Of a stretch of DNA of 64,000 nucleotides, positions 27,763 to 37,104 are shown piece after piece. The notes under the pieces were generated by a model. The model searched no databases, was not told where the DNA came from, and saw only the letters and a list, made by a program, of their open reading frames with translations. Origin of the DNA: an uncultured virus (IMG/VR IMGVR_UViG_3300025070_000025) (lineage: Duplodnaviria > Heunggongvirae > Uroviricota > Caudoviricetes). Location of the stretch: IMG/VR virus record IMGVR_UViG_3300025070_000025; one strand, written 5' to 3'. Position 1 is the first letter of the stretch. Each line of letters begins with the position of its first letter. The translations under genes were made by a program, and so were the position numbers.

Positions 27763-27790
27763 ATTATACCACACTTCATACAATTATCAA
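27763..27790 (-). promoter_or_regulatory. Sigma70-type promoter for petF
   Basis: TTGATA-16 nt-TATAAT with TGn extension. Confidence 0.65.
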
Positions 27791-28227
27791 TCGCCTGTCA
27801 ACTCATATGTTTTCTTTTTCTGATGATCAGGAATAATTCTCTTTAATCTAATTGTGAGAAGACCGTTGGTTAGGTCAACACTTCGGACCTCAACATCATC
27901 AGCAATAGTTCTACTCCAGGTAAATGCACGACGTGCAATTCCTCTTTGTAGATACTCATGATCTGATTCAGAATCTCCAGGTTTAGTGCATTGAACAAAT
28001 AATTTATTTGATTCTGTCTCAACTTTAATATCTTCTTTAGTGTAACCAGCAAGTGCTAGTTCTAATCTGAAATCAATACTAGATTCTTTGACAAGATTAT
28101 GTGGTGGATAATTTGCATTTGATTCATGGACTGTAGCAAATCTACGAATCCATTCATCCATACCAATACCAAATCTTGATGCATCATTCAATAGCGCATC
28201 AATATCCGCAATGTTATACTTAACCAT
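27787..28227 (-). CDS. hsp20: Small heat shock protein
   Basis: YPPHNL, LELALAG, YLQRGIARRAF, NGLLTI alpha-crystallin motifs. Confidence 0.95.
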   Translation of the reverse strand: MVKYNIADIDALLNDASRFGIGMDEWIRRFATVHESNANYPPHNLVKESSIDFRLELALAGYTKEDIKVETESNKLFVQCTKPGDSESDHEYLQRGIARRAFTWSRTIADDVEVRSVDLTNGLLTIRLKRIIPDHQKKKTYELTGD

Positions 28228-28292
28228 TATAGTAGCTCCTTAAAAAGCGAGTTTGTGTTGTGTGGACCCCTAAGGCATCCACAAATATTTAT
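28228..28292 (-). promoter_or_regulatory. hsp20 leader: late-type promoter plus ROSE-like RNA thermometer
   Basis: ATAAATA; hairpin TGTGGAT..GTCCACA; then CTCGCTT-TTT-AAGGAG pairing the SD with a bulged G. Confidence 0.6.
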
Positions 28293-28300
28293 GACACAAC

Positions 28301-28333
28301 AAAAAAAGCAGATACAGTATAAACCGTATCTGC
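28301..28333 (-). terminator. Intrinsic terminator after regA
   Basis: GCAGATACGG-TTTATA-CTGTATCTGC-T7. Confidence 0.85.
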
Positions 28334-28384
28334 CTATAAGGGTTTCCGACTTTTGTAGAGACCGCACGAAAAGAGTCTCAAGTC
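28301..28384 (-). ncRNA. Candidate structured small RNA (possible pseudoknot)
   Basis: ATAAATA at the regA stop, GAGAC/GTCTC stem whose loop can pair with downstream ACAAAAG, then the terminator. Confidence 0.45.
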
Positions 28385-28387
28385 TAT

Positions 28388-28828
28388 TTATGCCTCAGTA
28401 GTTGTTACTACCTTCTTCTTACCAATATTATATTTTGCCTCAAGAGTCCATTCGACTTTTTCTTTGTAGGCAATAACTTTAATCTGGTTCAGTGGTGATA
28501 CATCTTCAATTGCTTCAGACTTAAGCACCTTAATCAATTCCCAATCAACTAAGAGTTGAGTGATACGATTACGACGCTGCACGTCATTCAATGTAAGATT
28601 AGATCTCTTACCATCAAGAGCAAATAACTCTTTAAAGTGTACGATATAATAACGACCCTGCTTATGAAGAATGTGGCAGGATTGATATAGTTTTTTTTCT
28701 TTCCTAGAAGCAACACCAATACGTGTCAGTGTTTCTCTTACTTTCAGGAAATCATCGGGTTCATTAAGAAGAACCTCCACCATGTCGGCGGGTTCCCATG
28801 TTACTTCGATATCAGTTGATGTCGTCAT
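28388..28828 (-). CDS. regA: Translational repressor RegA
   Basis: DDFLKVRETLTRIGVAS, LYQSCHILHKQGRYYIVHFKELF. Confidence 0.97.
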   Translation of the reverse strand: MTTSTDIEVTWEPADMVEVLLNEPDDFLKVRETLTRIGVASRKEKKLYQSCHILHKQGRYYIVHFKELFALDGKRSNLTLNDVQRRNRITQLLVDWELIKVLKSEAIEDVSPLNQIKVIAYKEKVEWTLEAKYNIGKKKVVTTTEA

Positions 28829-29208
28829 TGCTTACCACCTTTACTCAATTTAAGTTTAATACAATTTAGCTGTTCGTCAGAAAGAAGACTAAGAGCGGAT
28901 CGTGCTTTCTCATTACTATAACCATAATAAGTTTTCACTATTTCCAGATCTGTAATTTTTTCCTTTTTCAACCACGGAGAAAATCTCCGTTTTGGTCTGA
29001 CAATATTTAGTAAAAATTCATATTGTAGTTTCTTGGATAAGTGGTGGTTGATATTAATCTCATTCGATACCATTATAGTATCGATAAAACCAGACAGACA
29101 CTTGTTAATAATGAATGGTGGGTATTCATTTTTGTTCTCATCAGTCATGATGTTTTGTTTCTCATGATTGATAGAATTCAACCAATGTTTCAGTTCAGTT
29201 TTCGCCAT
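28825..29208 (-). CDS. gp62: Clamp loader small subunit
   Basis: YPPFIINKCLS, RPKRRFSPW, YYGYSNEKA. Confidence 0.92.
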   Translation of the reverse strand: MAKTELKHWLNSINHEKQNIMTDENKNEYPPFIINKCLSGFIDTIMVSNEININHHLSKKLQYEFLLNIVRPKRRFSPWLKKEKITDLEIVKTYYGYSNEKARSALSLLSDEQLNCIKLKLSKGGKQ

Positions 29209-29759
29209 CATCTCATTTCAAAGTATTGGTTTTTAGTAGCACCCTTAGGTTTAGGCCAAGAATGTATATCCATAGCCATAGTTATACGAACATCATCAAA
29301 GTTATTGGGTGGAACCCAGTGATGAACACTAGAAGAAAATAACATTAATTCTCCTCTATTGTTATCACATTTTTCTCCCTCAAACCACGTCCCTAAATCA
29401 GGATTACCTCCTATAAAAAGATTAGTACAAGTCCAATCTACTCTAGGTGCGTCAGGGTCTCTAGGATCTCGATGGCAATGTTTAGCAATACCTTCTCCTT
29501 TCCTAAAAGTATTTGCCCAGCATTGAACAAATTTCCTGCGTCCCGAAACTATCTGTAATTTAGGAACAATAATATCAGCAACCACATTATCATAAAGATA
29601 ATTATGACACCAATGTCTTCCGGTAAGAGAATTAGTAGCAGTACCCATATGAACATCTTCACCAAGGGATTTCACATGTTCTTCTGTTTCTAAAATTCTA
29701 GCATAAAGAATATCACATTCTTCAATGCTCAAAAAATTAGGAATTTTAAATGTTTTCAT
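29208..29759 (-). CDS. 2OG-Fe(II) oxygenase family protein
   Basis: WAN, HCH, GELMLF...HWVP, RITMAMD. Confidence 0.75.
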   Translation of the reverse strand: MKTFKIPNFLSIEECDILYARILETEEHVKSLGEDVHMGTATNSLTGRHWCHNYLYDNVVADIIVPKLQIVSGRRKFVQCWANTFRKGEGIAKHCHRDPRDPDAPRVDWTCTNLFIGGNPDLGTWFEGEKCDNNRGELMLFSSSVHHWVPPNNFDDVRITMAMDIHSWPKPKGATKNQYFEMR

Positions 29760-29761
29760 AA

Positions 29762-30352
29762 TTACTGATAATCAAAACAAGACCAAATAATATTTTTTGT
29801 TCCCTCGTTTACAGGGATAGATTTATGAATGAAGTGAGGACCACAAGGAAAAACTAATATACTATTCTTGATAGGTTTCACTGAAATATTTTCATTAAAA
29901 AATTCAGTTTCACCTCCCATAAAACTATCATTTAAATAAAAGATAGCTGATAGAATAAATTTAAACTTGCCATGTAAATCAACATGCCACTTATACTCTT
30001 CATCAGTTTCATAATTTCTAAAATGAAATCTAGTACCTATTTTTTCAGGACACGTAGCGATTAATGTATGAGAGAATAAACTATTGTCATTAGTATATCT
30101 TTCCCAAATGTCAAAATAAATTTTATTAAGATCACTAGTAACTTTTAAAAGTTTACCTTTAGATTTTGGGGAATAGTGGGACTGAGATAATTGAGTTATA
30201 TCATAACTACTATTTTTTACAAAAAAACTTTGTTTCCTGGGATTAATTTTAGGATCATTATGAGCAACTTCCAAACAAGTTTGAAGTATACTATCAGTAT
30301 CTGCTACATTTAGATACTGCCAAATAAAATTACTGTGTTTAATTACTTCCAT
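29762..30352 (-). CDS. 2OG-Fe(II) oxygenase, prolyl-4-hydroxylase-like
   Basis: WHVD, YLND..GGET, HKS...GTK. Confidence 0.85.
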   Translation of the reverse strand: MEVIKHSNFIWQYLNVADTDSILQTCLEVAHNDPKINPRKQSFFVKNSSYDITQLSQSHYSPKSKGKLLKVTSDLNKIYFDIWERYTNDNSLFSHTLIATCPEKIGTRFHFRNYETDEEYKWHVDLHGKFKFILSAIFYLNDSFMGGETEFFNENISVKPIKNSILVFPCGPHFIHKSIPVNEGTKNIIWSCFDYQ

Positions 30353-31175
30353 AATTAAATAGCAAGAGTTCAGCACGATCTTTCTGTTCGTTCATATAAT
30401 CACCTGTAGACCTCATGGTATAAGTCAGATCATAAGTACAGGTCATCCAGTCTCTGAAGCGGTCCTTGACCATCTGAGCGGAGTTATATGAGATTAACTG
30501 ACGAGCAAGGTGGTTGTCGCAATCAGCAGCAAACTGATCATGATCGAAACGCTTATGCAAATCTCCCTTGTTACCATAGAGATTATCTTTGATATCATAG
30601 GGTGGATCAGAATATATAAAACAACGTAGATTGTCTGTAAGCAGTCCTTCATATGACCAGTTAGTAATTTTCCAGTTCTGAATTATTTCTGAGTATCCTT
30701 TTAGTTTCTCGATTCCACGCACTGTGAAGTTGGCATCTGATGCCTGCCTGCTAAAGGATGAGGACTCAGTGAGACCAGAAAAAGAGCACTTGTTAATAAT
30801 GTAAAAACTAACAGCACGAGATAGATGGGATTGATCATAATCATTAACCAGTTGTTTTGCTTCAATGAATAAATTTTTTGCTGATACAGGTTCAGGATGT
30901 TGCTGCTTAAGTTTCAATAACTCATCACATAATTCCCGACTGTAATCTTGAAGAACTCTCCAGAAGTTATACAAAGGTTCGTAAAGATCGTTCACCCACA
31001 CAGGGATATCTGGGTGTGCTTTAGTGAATGCGATAGCAACACTACCACCACCTAGAAATGTTTCCCGATACTCTTCAATGCCATCAGGGAAACGTGGAAT
31101 AAGATACTTGGTAGCGCGAGACTTACCACCAGGATATCTAAGCGGCGTCTTGAGAGACTTCAAAGTTTGGTTCAT
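30339..31175 (-). CDS. dam: DNA adenine methyltransferase (Dam/D12 class)
   Basis: LRYPGGKS, FLGGGSV, DPPY, ISYN. Confidence 0.92.
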   Translation of the reverse strand: MNQTLKSLKTPLRYPGGKSRATKYLIPRFPDGIEEYRETFLGGGSVAIAFTKAHPDIPVWVNDLYEPLYNFWRVLQDYSRELCDELLKLKQQHPEPVSAKNLFIEAKQLVNDYDQSHLSRAVSFYIINKCSFSGLTESSSFSRQASDANFTVRGIEKLKGYSEIIQNWKITNWSYEGLLTDNLRCFIYSDPPYDIKDNLYGNKGDLHKRFDHDQFAADCDNHLARQLISYNSAQMVKDRFRDWMTCTYDLTYTMRSTGDYMNEQKDRAELLLFNYGSN

Positions 31176-31326
31176 GATATTTAAGGTATTCCCAGAAGGT
31201 CATTTTAAGTTCTTTCTGTGTCATGCCACAATGAGCGGCGGCAGCAGGAAGATTCATAGAAGCATAGAAGAGACCTTCATGTGCTTCGTTCACATTTTGA
31301 GGCGTAGTTTTTTTTCTTTCCATCAA
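31138..31326 (-). CDS. Hypothetical protein (HTH-like)
   Basis: MNLPAAAAHCGMTQKELK. Confidence 0.6.
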   Translation of the reverse strand: MMERKKTTPQNVNEAHEGLFYASMNLPAAAAHCGMTQKELKMTFWEYLKYHEPNFEVSQDAA

Positions 31327-31613
31327 AGAATCAATTTCTTTTTTTCAGGAGTTGTGATAGGAGAATACATCTGCTCATACTGAGAAACAATTTCTTCTGC
31401 TGCATCAGCAACATATACCACAAACTTAGTAGACACAGTGATATCTTTTTCTTCTTTACTAATCATCGGAGACCATGCTACAAATGATAGTGTACCCTGC
31501 TGTGTAGGAACACCTACAATTCCATTCTTTAATGTGAGGGAATTATCGTCATGGTTGACGACTTCAGCAATCACATCCTCTCCAGAGGACATACGAATTA
31601 GTTTTACGTTCAT
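31323..31613 (-). CDS. Sm-like fold small protein
   Basis: VKLIRMSSGEDVIA...LKN...FVAW...VVYVAD...Y; ATGA overlap with gp44. Confidence 0.65.
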   Translation of the reverse strand: MNVKLIRMSSGEDVIAEVVNHDDNSLTLKNGIVGVPTQQGTLSFVAWSPMISKEEKDITVSTKFVVYVADAAEEIVSQYEQMYSPITTPEKKKLIL

Positions 31614-32551
31614 TTGAATTGACACTCCATCATAATTTCGGTTAAACATGCCAGAAGATTAATCTCCTGATCGGCAGCAAACGCTGCCTGGTACTGGTAT
31701 TTAGCGATTATCAAAACCGCTGCTGGAATAGTAGCAGGTGTAAGAACATCATACATTGCTTCGTAGATACGATGACTAACCATATTGAAATCGTTATCCA
31801 GATTAGCAACTACCCACTTACGAACAATATTAAACTCTTTGTTCTTCAGAGCATTCATAAGTCCTTTGAGATTGAAGTCAGTGATCTCAGCAAGGATACC
31901 AGTATCAATACTACCAGTATTGCCATACTTCTGAAGTTGATTCAGAACACGACGCCAATCAGGAAAGTGGTTTTGAATTAATTCTGCAACAACTTTTTTA
32001 TCATAGTCAACATATTCCGCCTCAAGTATAGTCCTGACACGGTTGAAGAATTGCCCCGCAACAGCTGCCTTTTCTTTTCCTTTGTAGGTGAAGTCAATGA
32101 CTGAACATCTTGATTGGATGGGGTCAATGATTTTGTTTTTGTAGTTGCAGGTGAAGATAAATCGGCAGTTGCTATGATACGCCTCAATAGAACTCCGTAA
32201 GAGGAGTTGTACATCGTTCCCTGTGTTATCTGCTTCATCAATAATGATGACTTTGTGCTTACTTCCTTGAAGTGATACGGTCGTTGCAAAAGTTTTTGCT
32301 TGGTTCCGTACCGTATCCAGAAAGCGTCCTTCGTCAGATCCATTAATTACAATATAAGATAGTCCAAGTTCGGCACAGAGTGCCTTTGCTGCTGTAGTCT
32401 TACCTACACCAGGTGGTCCAGTGAGAAGAAGGTTATTCAACTCACCAGCAGCAACCTGTTGCTTAAGATCACGTTTGATGCTATCTGGTAGAATACAATC
32501 GTCAATCGTTTGAGGACGATACTTTTCGACCCAGAGATACTGGTCGCTCAT
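31610..32551 (-). CDS. gp44: Clamp loader ATPase subunit
   Basis: WVEKYRP, GPPGVGKT, IIDEAD, SRC. Confidence 0.97.
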   Translation of the reverse strand: MSDQYLWVEKYRPQTIDDCILPDSIKRDLKQQVAAGELNNLLLTGPPGVGKTTAAKALCAELGLSYIVINGSDEGRFLDTVRNQAKTFATTVSLQGSKHKVIIIDEADNTGNDVQLLLRSSIEAYHSNCRFIFTCNYKNKIIDPIQSRCSVIDFTYKGKEKAAVAGQFFNRVRTILEAEYVDYDKKVVAELIQNHFPDWRRVLNQLQKYGNTGSIDTGILAEITDFNLKGLMNALKNKEFNIVRKWVVANLDNDFNMVSHRIYEAMYDVLTPATIPAAVLIIAKYQYQAAFAADQEINLLACLTEIMMECQFK

Positions 32552-32567
32552 AATATAAAAATAAAGT

Positions 32568-33233
32568 TTAGTTGGAGTCTGGTTCTAAAGCAATCCAGTA
32601 TGTGACAGGAATGCTTTTGTTAGTAAAGCGACTGATGAGACGCTTAGACATTACTACATCGTAGTCACCTCTGATAAGTTTCAGGTTCTCAACTTTCATG
32701 TTGAGGACAAATTCATCATCAGTTTTTCCAACATTAATAGAGAAAGTGTTTGATGTGTCATTCTCCTTATCGCGGACAACAACAGTAACATCAGTGCCAT
32801 CACCAATCACAGAAAAATCTGGAAGTTGATAGACAGCGGCGGCGCGAGTAAGACTTTGAATGTCTGATTCACTCAGAATAAAGTTTACATCTGCCGATGG
32901 TACTTTAATACCCTGGTCTGGTGCCTGCTTAATCAGACTTGAGTCAGCAAAGAAATACTTAATAGCAGAACGATTGTTCTTAATTTTTACATAATGATCG
33001 CTACCAAACTCCATGTCAGCACCACGCATCAGCGACATACCACCAAGGAACTCATTAAGATCATAGATAGAAAAATTCTTAGGGAAAGTTTCTTCTACAT
33101 CTGCTTCAGCAAGAATGTTTTCTGCTACTGAAATGGTGCGAATAGTATTTCCAGACTTCACAGAAATAGACTGGTTGATGCCAGAGAAATTTTTAAGAAG
33201 ATTGAAAGTATTTTCAGACAGTTTCATGGTCAT
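32568..33233 (-). CDS. gp45: Sliding clamp
   Basis: LKNFSGINQSI, IYDLNEFL, YWIALE. Confidence 0.95.
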   Translation of the reverse strand: MTMKLSENTFNLLKNFSGINQSISVKSGNTIRTISVAENILAEADVEETFPKNFSIYDLNEFLGGMSLMRGADMEFGSDHYVKIKNNRSAIKYFFADSSLIKQAPDQGIKVPSADVNFILSESDIQSLTRAAAVYQLPDFSVIGDGTDVTVVVRDKENDTSNTFSINVGKTDDEFVLNMKVENLKLIRGDYDVVMSKRLISRFTNKSIPVTYWIALEPDSN

Positions 33234-33514
33234 CGGTTAGGGTATTCTTCAGTAATGTTGGATTTGTCAGAGAAGTGGAGCAGCAGCAATGCGTAGTGAA
33301 GGATCTTAATGATATCACGACGGGCAGTGCCTTTACGATCATAGCGGGAAGCATACTTCAGGATGTTGCTGCGGCAGAATGCCTCAGCGTCTCCACATGA
33401 TTCAATAAGATCTAACGTTTGAATACTGTCGTTACCAGCAGAATAATGTTGTCCATAGGTTCCTGAGATATAATCGCGCAACTCTTTGAGAAGCGCATCT
33501 TCATTGTATTTCAT
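33230..33514 (-). CDS. DUF3310-like protein
   Basis: HYS...FCRSNILKYASRYDRKG...DIIKILHY. Confidence 0.75.
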   Translation of the reverse strand: MKYNEDALLKELRDYISGTYGQHYSAGNDSIQTLDLIESCGDAEAFCRSNILKYASRYDRKGTARRDIIKILHYALLLLHFSDKSNITEEYPNR

Positions 33515-33516
33515 AA

Positions 33517-35244
33517 TTAATCTCCATTAATCAATTGTTCCATTTTACTAAAATTTTTCACTTTATCAAATTTGAGAACACGATCGAATTTCTCGACCAT
33601 GTGTTCTCGGTGCGAGATAATAAACAAGTTGAGATCGTTCGTAAAGTTCCTCAATATGAATGATAACTCATCAGTGCCCGTGCTGTCAAGTGAGCTGTCA
33701 AAGATCTCGTCCAGGACTAGTAGGTTGGTGTCTACGCTGTTCTTGAGCTTAGCAACGGATCTCCATGTTAGCATAAGCGCGATGTCAATGCGAGACTTCT
33801 CACCCTCTGAGAACGATGCATAACTAAAGTCGTCCCTATAACGAGACTTGATAGTCTCCTCAAAACTCTCACTGAGTGTGAAGTTCACAAAGAAATCCAT
33901 CTGCTGTAGGTATTGGTTGATGAGTTTATTCATCACTGGAAGATATCGTTTGATAATCCTAGTTTTGATACCAGTATCCTTCAGCAGATTAGCAGCAACG
34001 CTGTAGTAATCTTTATTCTCTTTGTGAGCGGCAAGAATACTTTCATAACCTACACGTTGATCGTTAAGATTATTCAACTGTTCCTGCTCTTTACTAGAAT
34101 CATTCTTACTATCTTGGATAGTTTTAATTTCAGTTTCTAGTTCTTTGATCTGCTTATTCATATGATTGATGAGAGAATTATTCTTATCAATCACGCTATA
34201 GTGTTTACGAATATCATCAGAGACTTCTGTATATTCAGAAATTTGTCCCTTGACTTCATCTATCTGTTGCTCCAGTATTTCCCACGCCTTTTTAGTCTCT
34301 GTAATAGTATCGTTGTTACGATCTATCTTATCAGTCTTAAATTTTTCATCAAGATCTTGCTTACAGGTAGGACATTTATCATTTTTAGAGTAAAAAATGT
34401 TTTCTTTTTCTAAGTTATTAACCTTAGTTTTAAATTTTACTTTAAATTCTTTTAAATTATCATACTTTTTTGAAAGTTTATCACCGTCAAATAACAGAGA
34501 CTGTCTTTCTTTGATATATTCGTTAGTATTATTATTTTCCTCAACTACTTCATCACTTTGCGTAATGAGTTTACCGATTTTATCCTGCTTATAATCAATC
34601 AGGTTATCACTTTGTGTTTCGAGTTCCTTTATGAGTTCTTCTTGTGTCTCTATACGATGCTTTACTAGATCAAGATCCTTTTCGGTGAAGCGAATATCAT
34701 CGTTTAATCGCTTCATGCGATCTTTGAGATTAGTATTCATGGTAGAGAACACTTGAATATCTAAAAGATCCTCAATGATTTCACGACGTGATGCTATCGG
34801 CAACTGCATGAATGGAATGAACGTAGAAGATCCCAGAACAACAATCTGGGTAAACGATTTATAGTTAAGTTTGAGGATCGTTTGTTCTAGGAACTTCTGC
34901 TGATCTCCAGTAGCAGCATCTTGGTTCAGCATTTCTCCATCAACATAAACCTCAAAGAGATTAGGTTTCATGCCACGGACAACCTTATACTTTTTATTAC
35001 CCTGAGAGAACTCAACCTCTATAAGACAATCCTTACCATTAATAGTATTAACAAGTTGAGGTTTGTTAATCCTACGAAAAGGTTTATTGAATAAAACAAA
35101 AGTAAGAGCATCTAGTAGAGTACTCTTACCAGCACCATTCTTTCCGATGATTACATTATTAGTATGAGTATTCAGAGTTATCTCAGTGAAGTTATTCCCA
35201 CTAGATAAGAAGTTTTTATAACGAATAGTTTCAAAAATAATCAT
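33517..35244 (-). CDS. gp46: Recombination endonuclease ATPase subunit (Rad50-like)
   Basis: GKNGAGKS, CPTC zinc hook, FSEGE signature, LDEIFD. Confidence 0.96.
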   Translation of the reverse strand: MIIFETIRYKNFLSSGNNFTEITLNTHTNNVIIGKNGAGKSTLLDALTFVLFNKPFRRINKPQLVNTINGKDCLIEVEFSQGNKKYKVVRGMKPNLFEVYVDGEMLNQDAATGDQQKFLEQTILKLNYKSFTQIVVLGSSTFIPFMQLPIASRREIIEDLLDIQVFSTMNTNLKDRMKRLNDDIRFTEKDLDLVKHRIETQEELIKELETQSDNLIDYKQDKIGKLITQSDEVVEENNNTNEYIKERQSLLFDGDKLSKKYDNLKEFKVKFKTKVNNLEKENIFYSKNDKCPTCKQDLDEKFKTDKIDRNNDTITETKKAWEILEQQIDEVKGQISEYTEVSDDIRKHYSVIDKNNSLINHMNKQIKELETEIKTIQDSKNDSSKEQEQLNNLNDQRVGYESILAAHKENKDYYSVAANLLKDTGIKTRIIKRYLPVMNKLINQYLQQMDFFVNFTLSESFEETIKSRYRDDFSYASFSEGEKSRIDIALMLTWRSVAKLKNSVDTNLLVLDEIFDSSLDSTGTDELSFILRNFTNDLNLFIISHREHMVEKFDRVLKFDKVKNFSKMEQLINGD

Positions 35245-35500
35245 GGTGGGATGGTGGAATAATCAGTTCGTTTGGAGCAACAACAGTATATTTGTAACCT
35301 GTGCTATCGCACATCTCAATCATTGATTCGCTGTCTACCTCAACTGGAGACATTGATGGGAAATCATCTGCCTCAAGCAGAACGGCAAATCGTTCAGCAT
35401 CTTCCTTTTCGCTGAAGAGCAGAAGAACTCTTTCATTCTTACTGTTTGAAACAGCATATGCTCCTTCGGTTTCCTTTCCTTTAAGACACAGTATATACAT
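35231..35500 (-). CDS. Conserved hypothetical protein
   Basis: EGAYAV...LFSEKEDAERFA...LIIPP, between genes 47 and 46. Confidence 0.75.
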   Translation of the reverse strand: MYILCLKGKETEGAYAVSNSKNERVLLLFSEKEDAERFAVLLEADDFPSMSPVEVDSESMIEMCDSTGYKYTVVAPNELIIPPSHHDYF

Positions 35501-36546
35501 TATACCACCTCTAGTGCCTCCACGTAAAGAGATTTCATAATTTCTTTCAATTTACCACTATCCAAATTCGTATTAAGTTCTTCAATATATTTTTCCAGAA
35601 TAGTTAAAGTATCCTCATGTTCCAATTGAATGTCTTCATCATCACTTTCCTCAGTAGAAAAGTCTTCAATAATCTTAAGATCTAATGTGACATCCTGTAA
35701 AGAATTGATAAGATAATCAAACGCAGTGTAATCTGTTTTATTTTCTACAACAACTTTTACTACAGTATCTTTATATTTTTCAACATCCAAGTCATAATAT
35801 TCATTCTTAGTATCATCATAAAATATTTTATGAAACATTTCGTAAGGATTTTTAATATACTGTAACTTTAAAGTTTCAGTATCAAAGATATGAAATCCAC
35901 GTTCATCAGCATAATCATTCCAGTACATCTGATAAGAGTTTCCAAGATACTTAAAGTTTCCTTTCTGACTCTTAGTATGAAAATGACCGGACATTACCAG
36001 TTCAAATTTAGAAAACTCATTAGTGCTACGACCATGATTACAGACATAAGTAGGATTAGTTTTAAATCCTTCCATCTCTAAATGACCTAAGACTACTTCA
36101 GCATCTGTGTCACGTAGGATACTAACACTCTGCTCTTCGTTCTGATCACATATCCATGGCAGATAAACCATCTTACGCCCGTCCAGAATGACCTCAGAGG
36201 GTTCTGAATATACATTTAGGTTAGAATACTCCTGAAGTAAACTCTCTAGCGAGTTGATCTCCAGAGTGTTCTTGTAGAAGGCATCATGATTACCGACCAT
36301 CATATCCATAGTAATACCCATCTCCTCTAGAGGATTGAAAATATTATCTCTCGCCCAATTAAGAGACCAGAAATCTATGTTACGACGGATATCAAACACA
36401 TCACCCAAGTGGATGACGTGCTTAATTTTTTTCTTCTTTAATGTAGGAAAGAAAACATCATTATAAAATTTGAGAAAGTAATCATGGTAGTCTTGATTAC
36501 CTTTCTTAAATCCATAGTGAGTATCAGTAATCAGGGCAACTTTCAT
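35500..36546 (-). CDS. gp47: Recombination endonuclease nuclease subunit (Mre11-like)
   Basis: DTH, GDVFD, GNHD, GHFH phosphoesterase motifs. Confidence 0.96.
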   Translation of the reverse strand: MKVALITDTHYGFKKGNQDYHDYFLKFYNDVFFPTLKKKKIKHVIHLGDVFDIRRNIDFWSLNWARDNIFNPLEEMGITMDMMVGNHDAFYKNTLEINSLESLLQEYSNLNVYSEPSEVILDGRKMVYLPWICDQNEEQSVSILRDTDAEVVLGHLEMEGFKTNPTYVCNHGRSTNEFSKFELVMSGHFHTKSQKGNFKYLGNSYQMYWNDYADERGFHIFDTETLKLQYIKNPYEMFHKIFYDDTKNEYYDLDVEKYKDTVVKVVVENKTDYTAFDYLINSLQDVTLDLKIIEDFSTEESDDEDIQLEHEDTLTILEKYIEELNTNLDSGKLKEIMKSLYVEALEVV

Positions 36547-37019
36547 TTTCTAGTTTTCTGCTCGATGTTCTGTTTGATACTATTGTATTCTGAAGAGGAG
36601 TAATTCAGTTCATTCTTATCAGCGTGGAGAACTTCATCGTATCCAGAACGCTCAAGAATTTTGCTTTTAATTTCTAGTTGCTTCTTTTCTTTTTGAATTC
36701 TTCTCAAGAATGCATAGTAAATAATCTGAGTAAAGTATGCAAAAGGATTACCACGGTTAGGATCAAAGTTATCGATGTACTGAACACAGTTCTCAATACC
36801 ATCTGAAATCATATCCTCACGGAAAGGATAGTTGATGAAGTTAGGACGGTAGGACAGATGCTGTGCGATCTTCAAGAAGCACTCACCAATGTAATTCGGT
36901 ATCCTAGGGCGATCGGTCTCTTCTGTCAAGGCTTTTTTTACCAGGTATTTGTAATCAGAGAGTGCCCTCAAGAACTCTTTATTATCTACATAATGTTCTG
37001 GCTTCTTTTTGATTCTCAT
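36543..37019 (-). CDS. gp55: Late-transcription sigma factor
   Basis: HYVDNKEF, DMISDGIENC, NPFAYFTQI..AFLRRI. Confidence 0.96.
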   Translation of the reverse strand: MRIKKKPEHYVDNKEFLRALSDYKYLVKKALTEETDRPRIPNYIGECFLKIAQHLSYRPNFINYPFREDMISDGIENCVQYIDNFDPNRGNPFAYFTQIIYYAFLRRIQKEKKQLEIKSKILERSGYDEVLHADKNELNYSSSEYNSIKQNIEQKTRK

Positions 37020-37054
37020 TTTGACACATGTGTCCTATTACTATTTGTACTTAT

Positions 37055-37082
37055 ATTATAACATACTTTAAGAGCTTGACAA
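37055..37082 (-). promoter_or_regulatory. Sigma70-type promoter for gp55
   Basis: TTGTCA-16 nt-TATAAT with TGn extension. Confidence 0.7.
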
Positions 37083-37104
37083 CATTAGGTTTTATCTGTA
37101 GAAT
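37076..37104 (+). promoter_or_regulatory. Sigma70-type antisense promoter
   Basis: TTGACA-17 nt-TAGAAT pointing into the 3' end of minus-strand genes. Confidence 0.55.
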
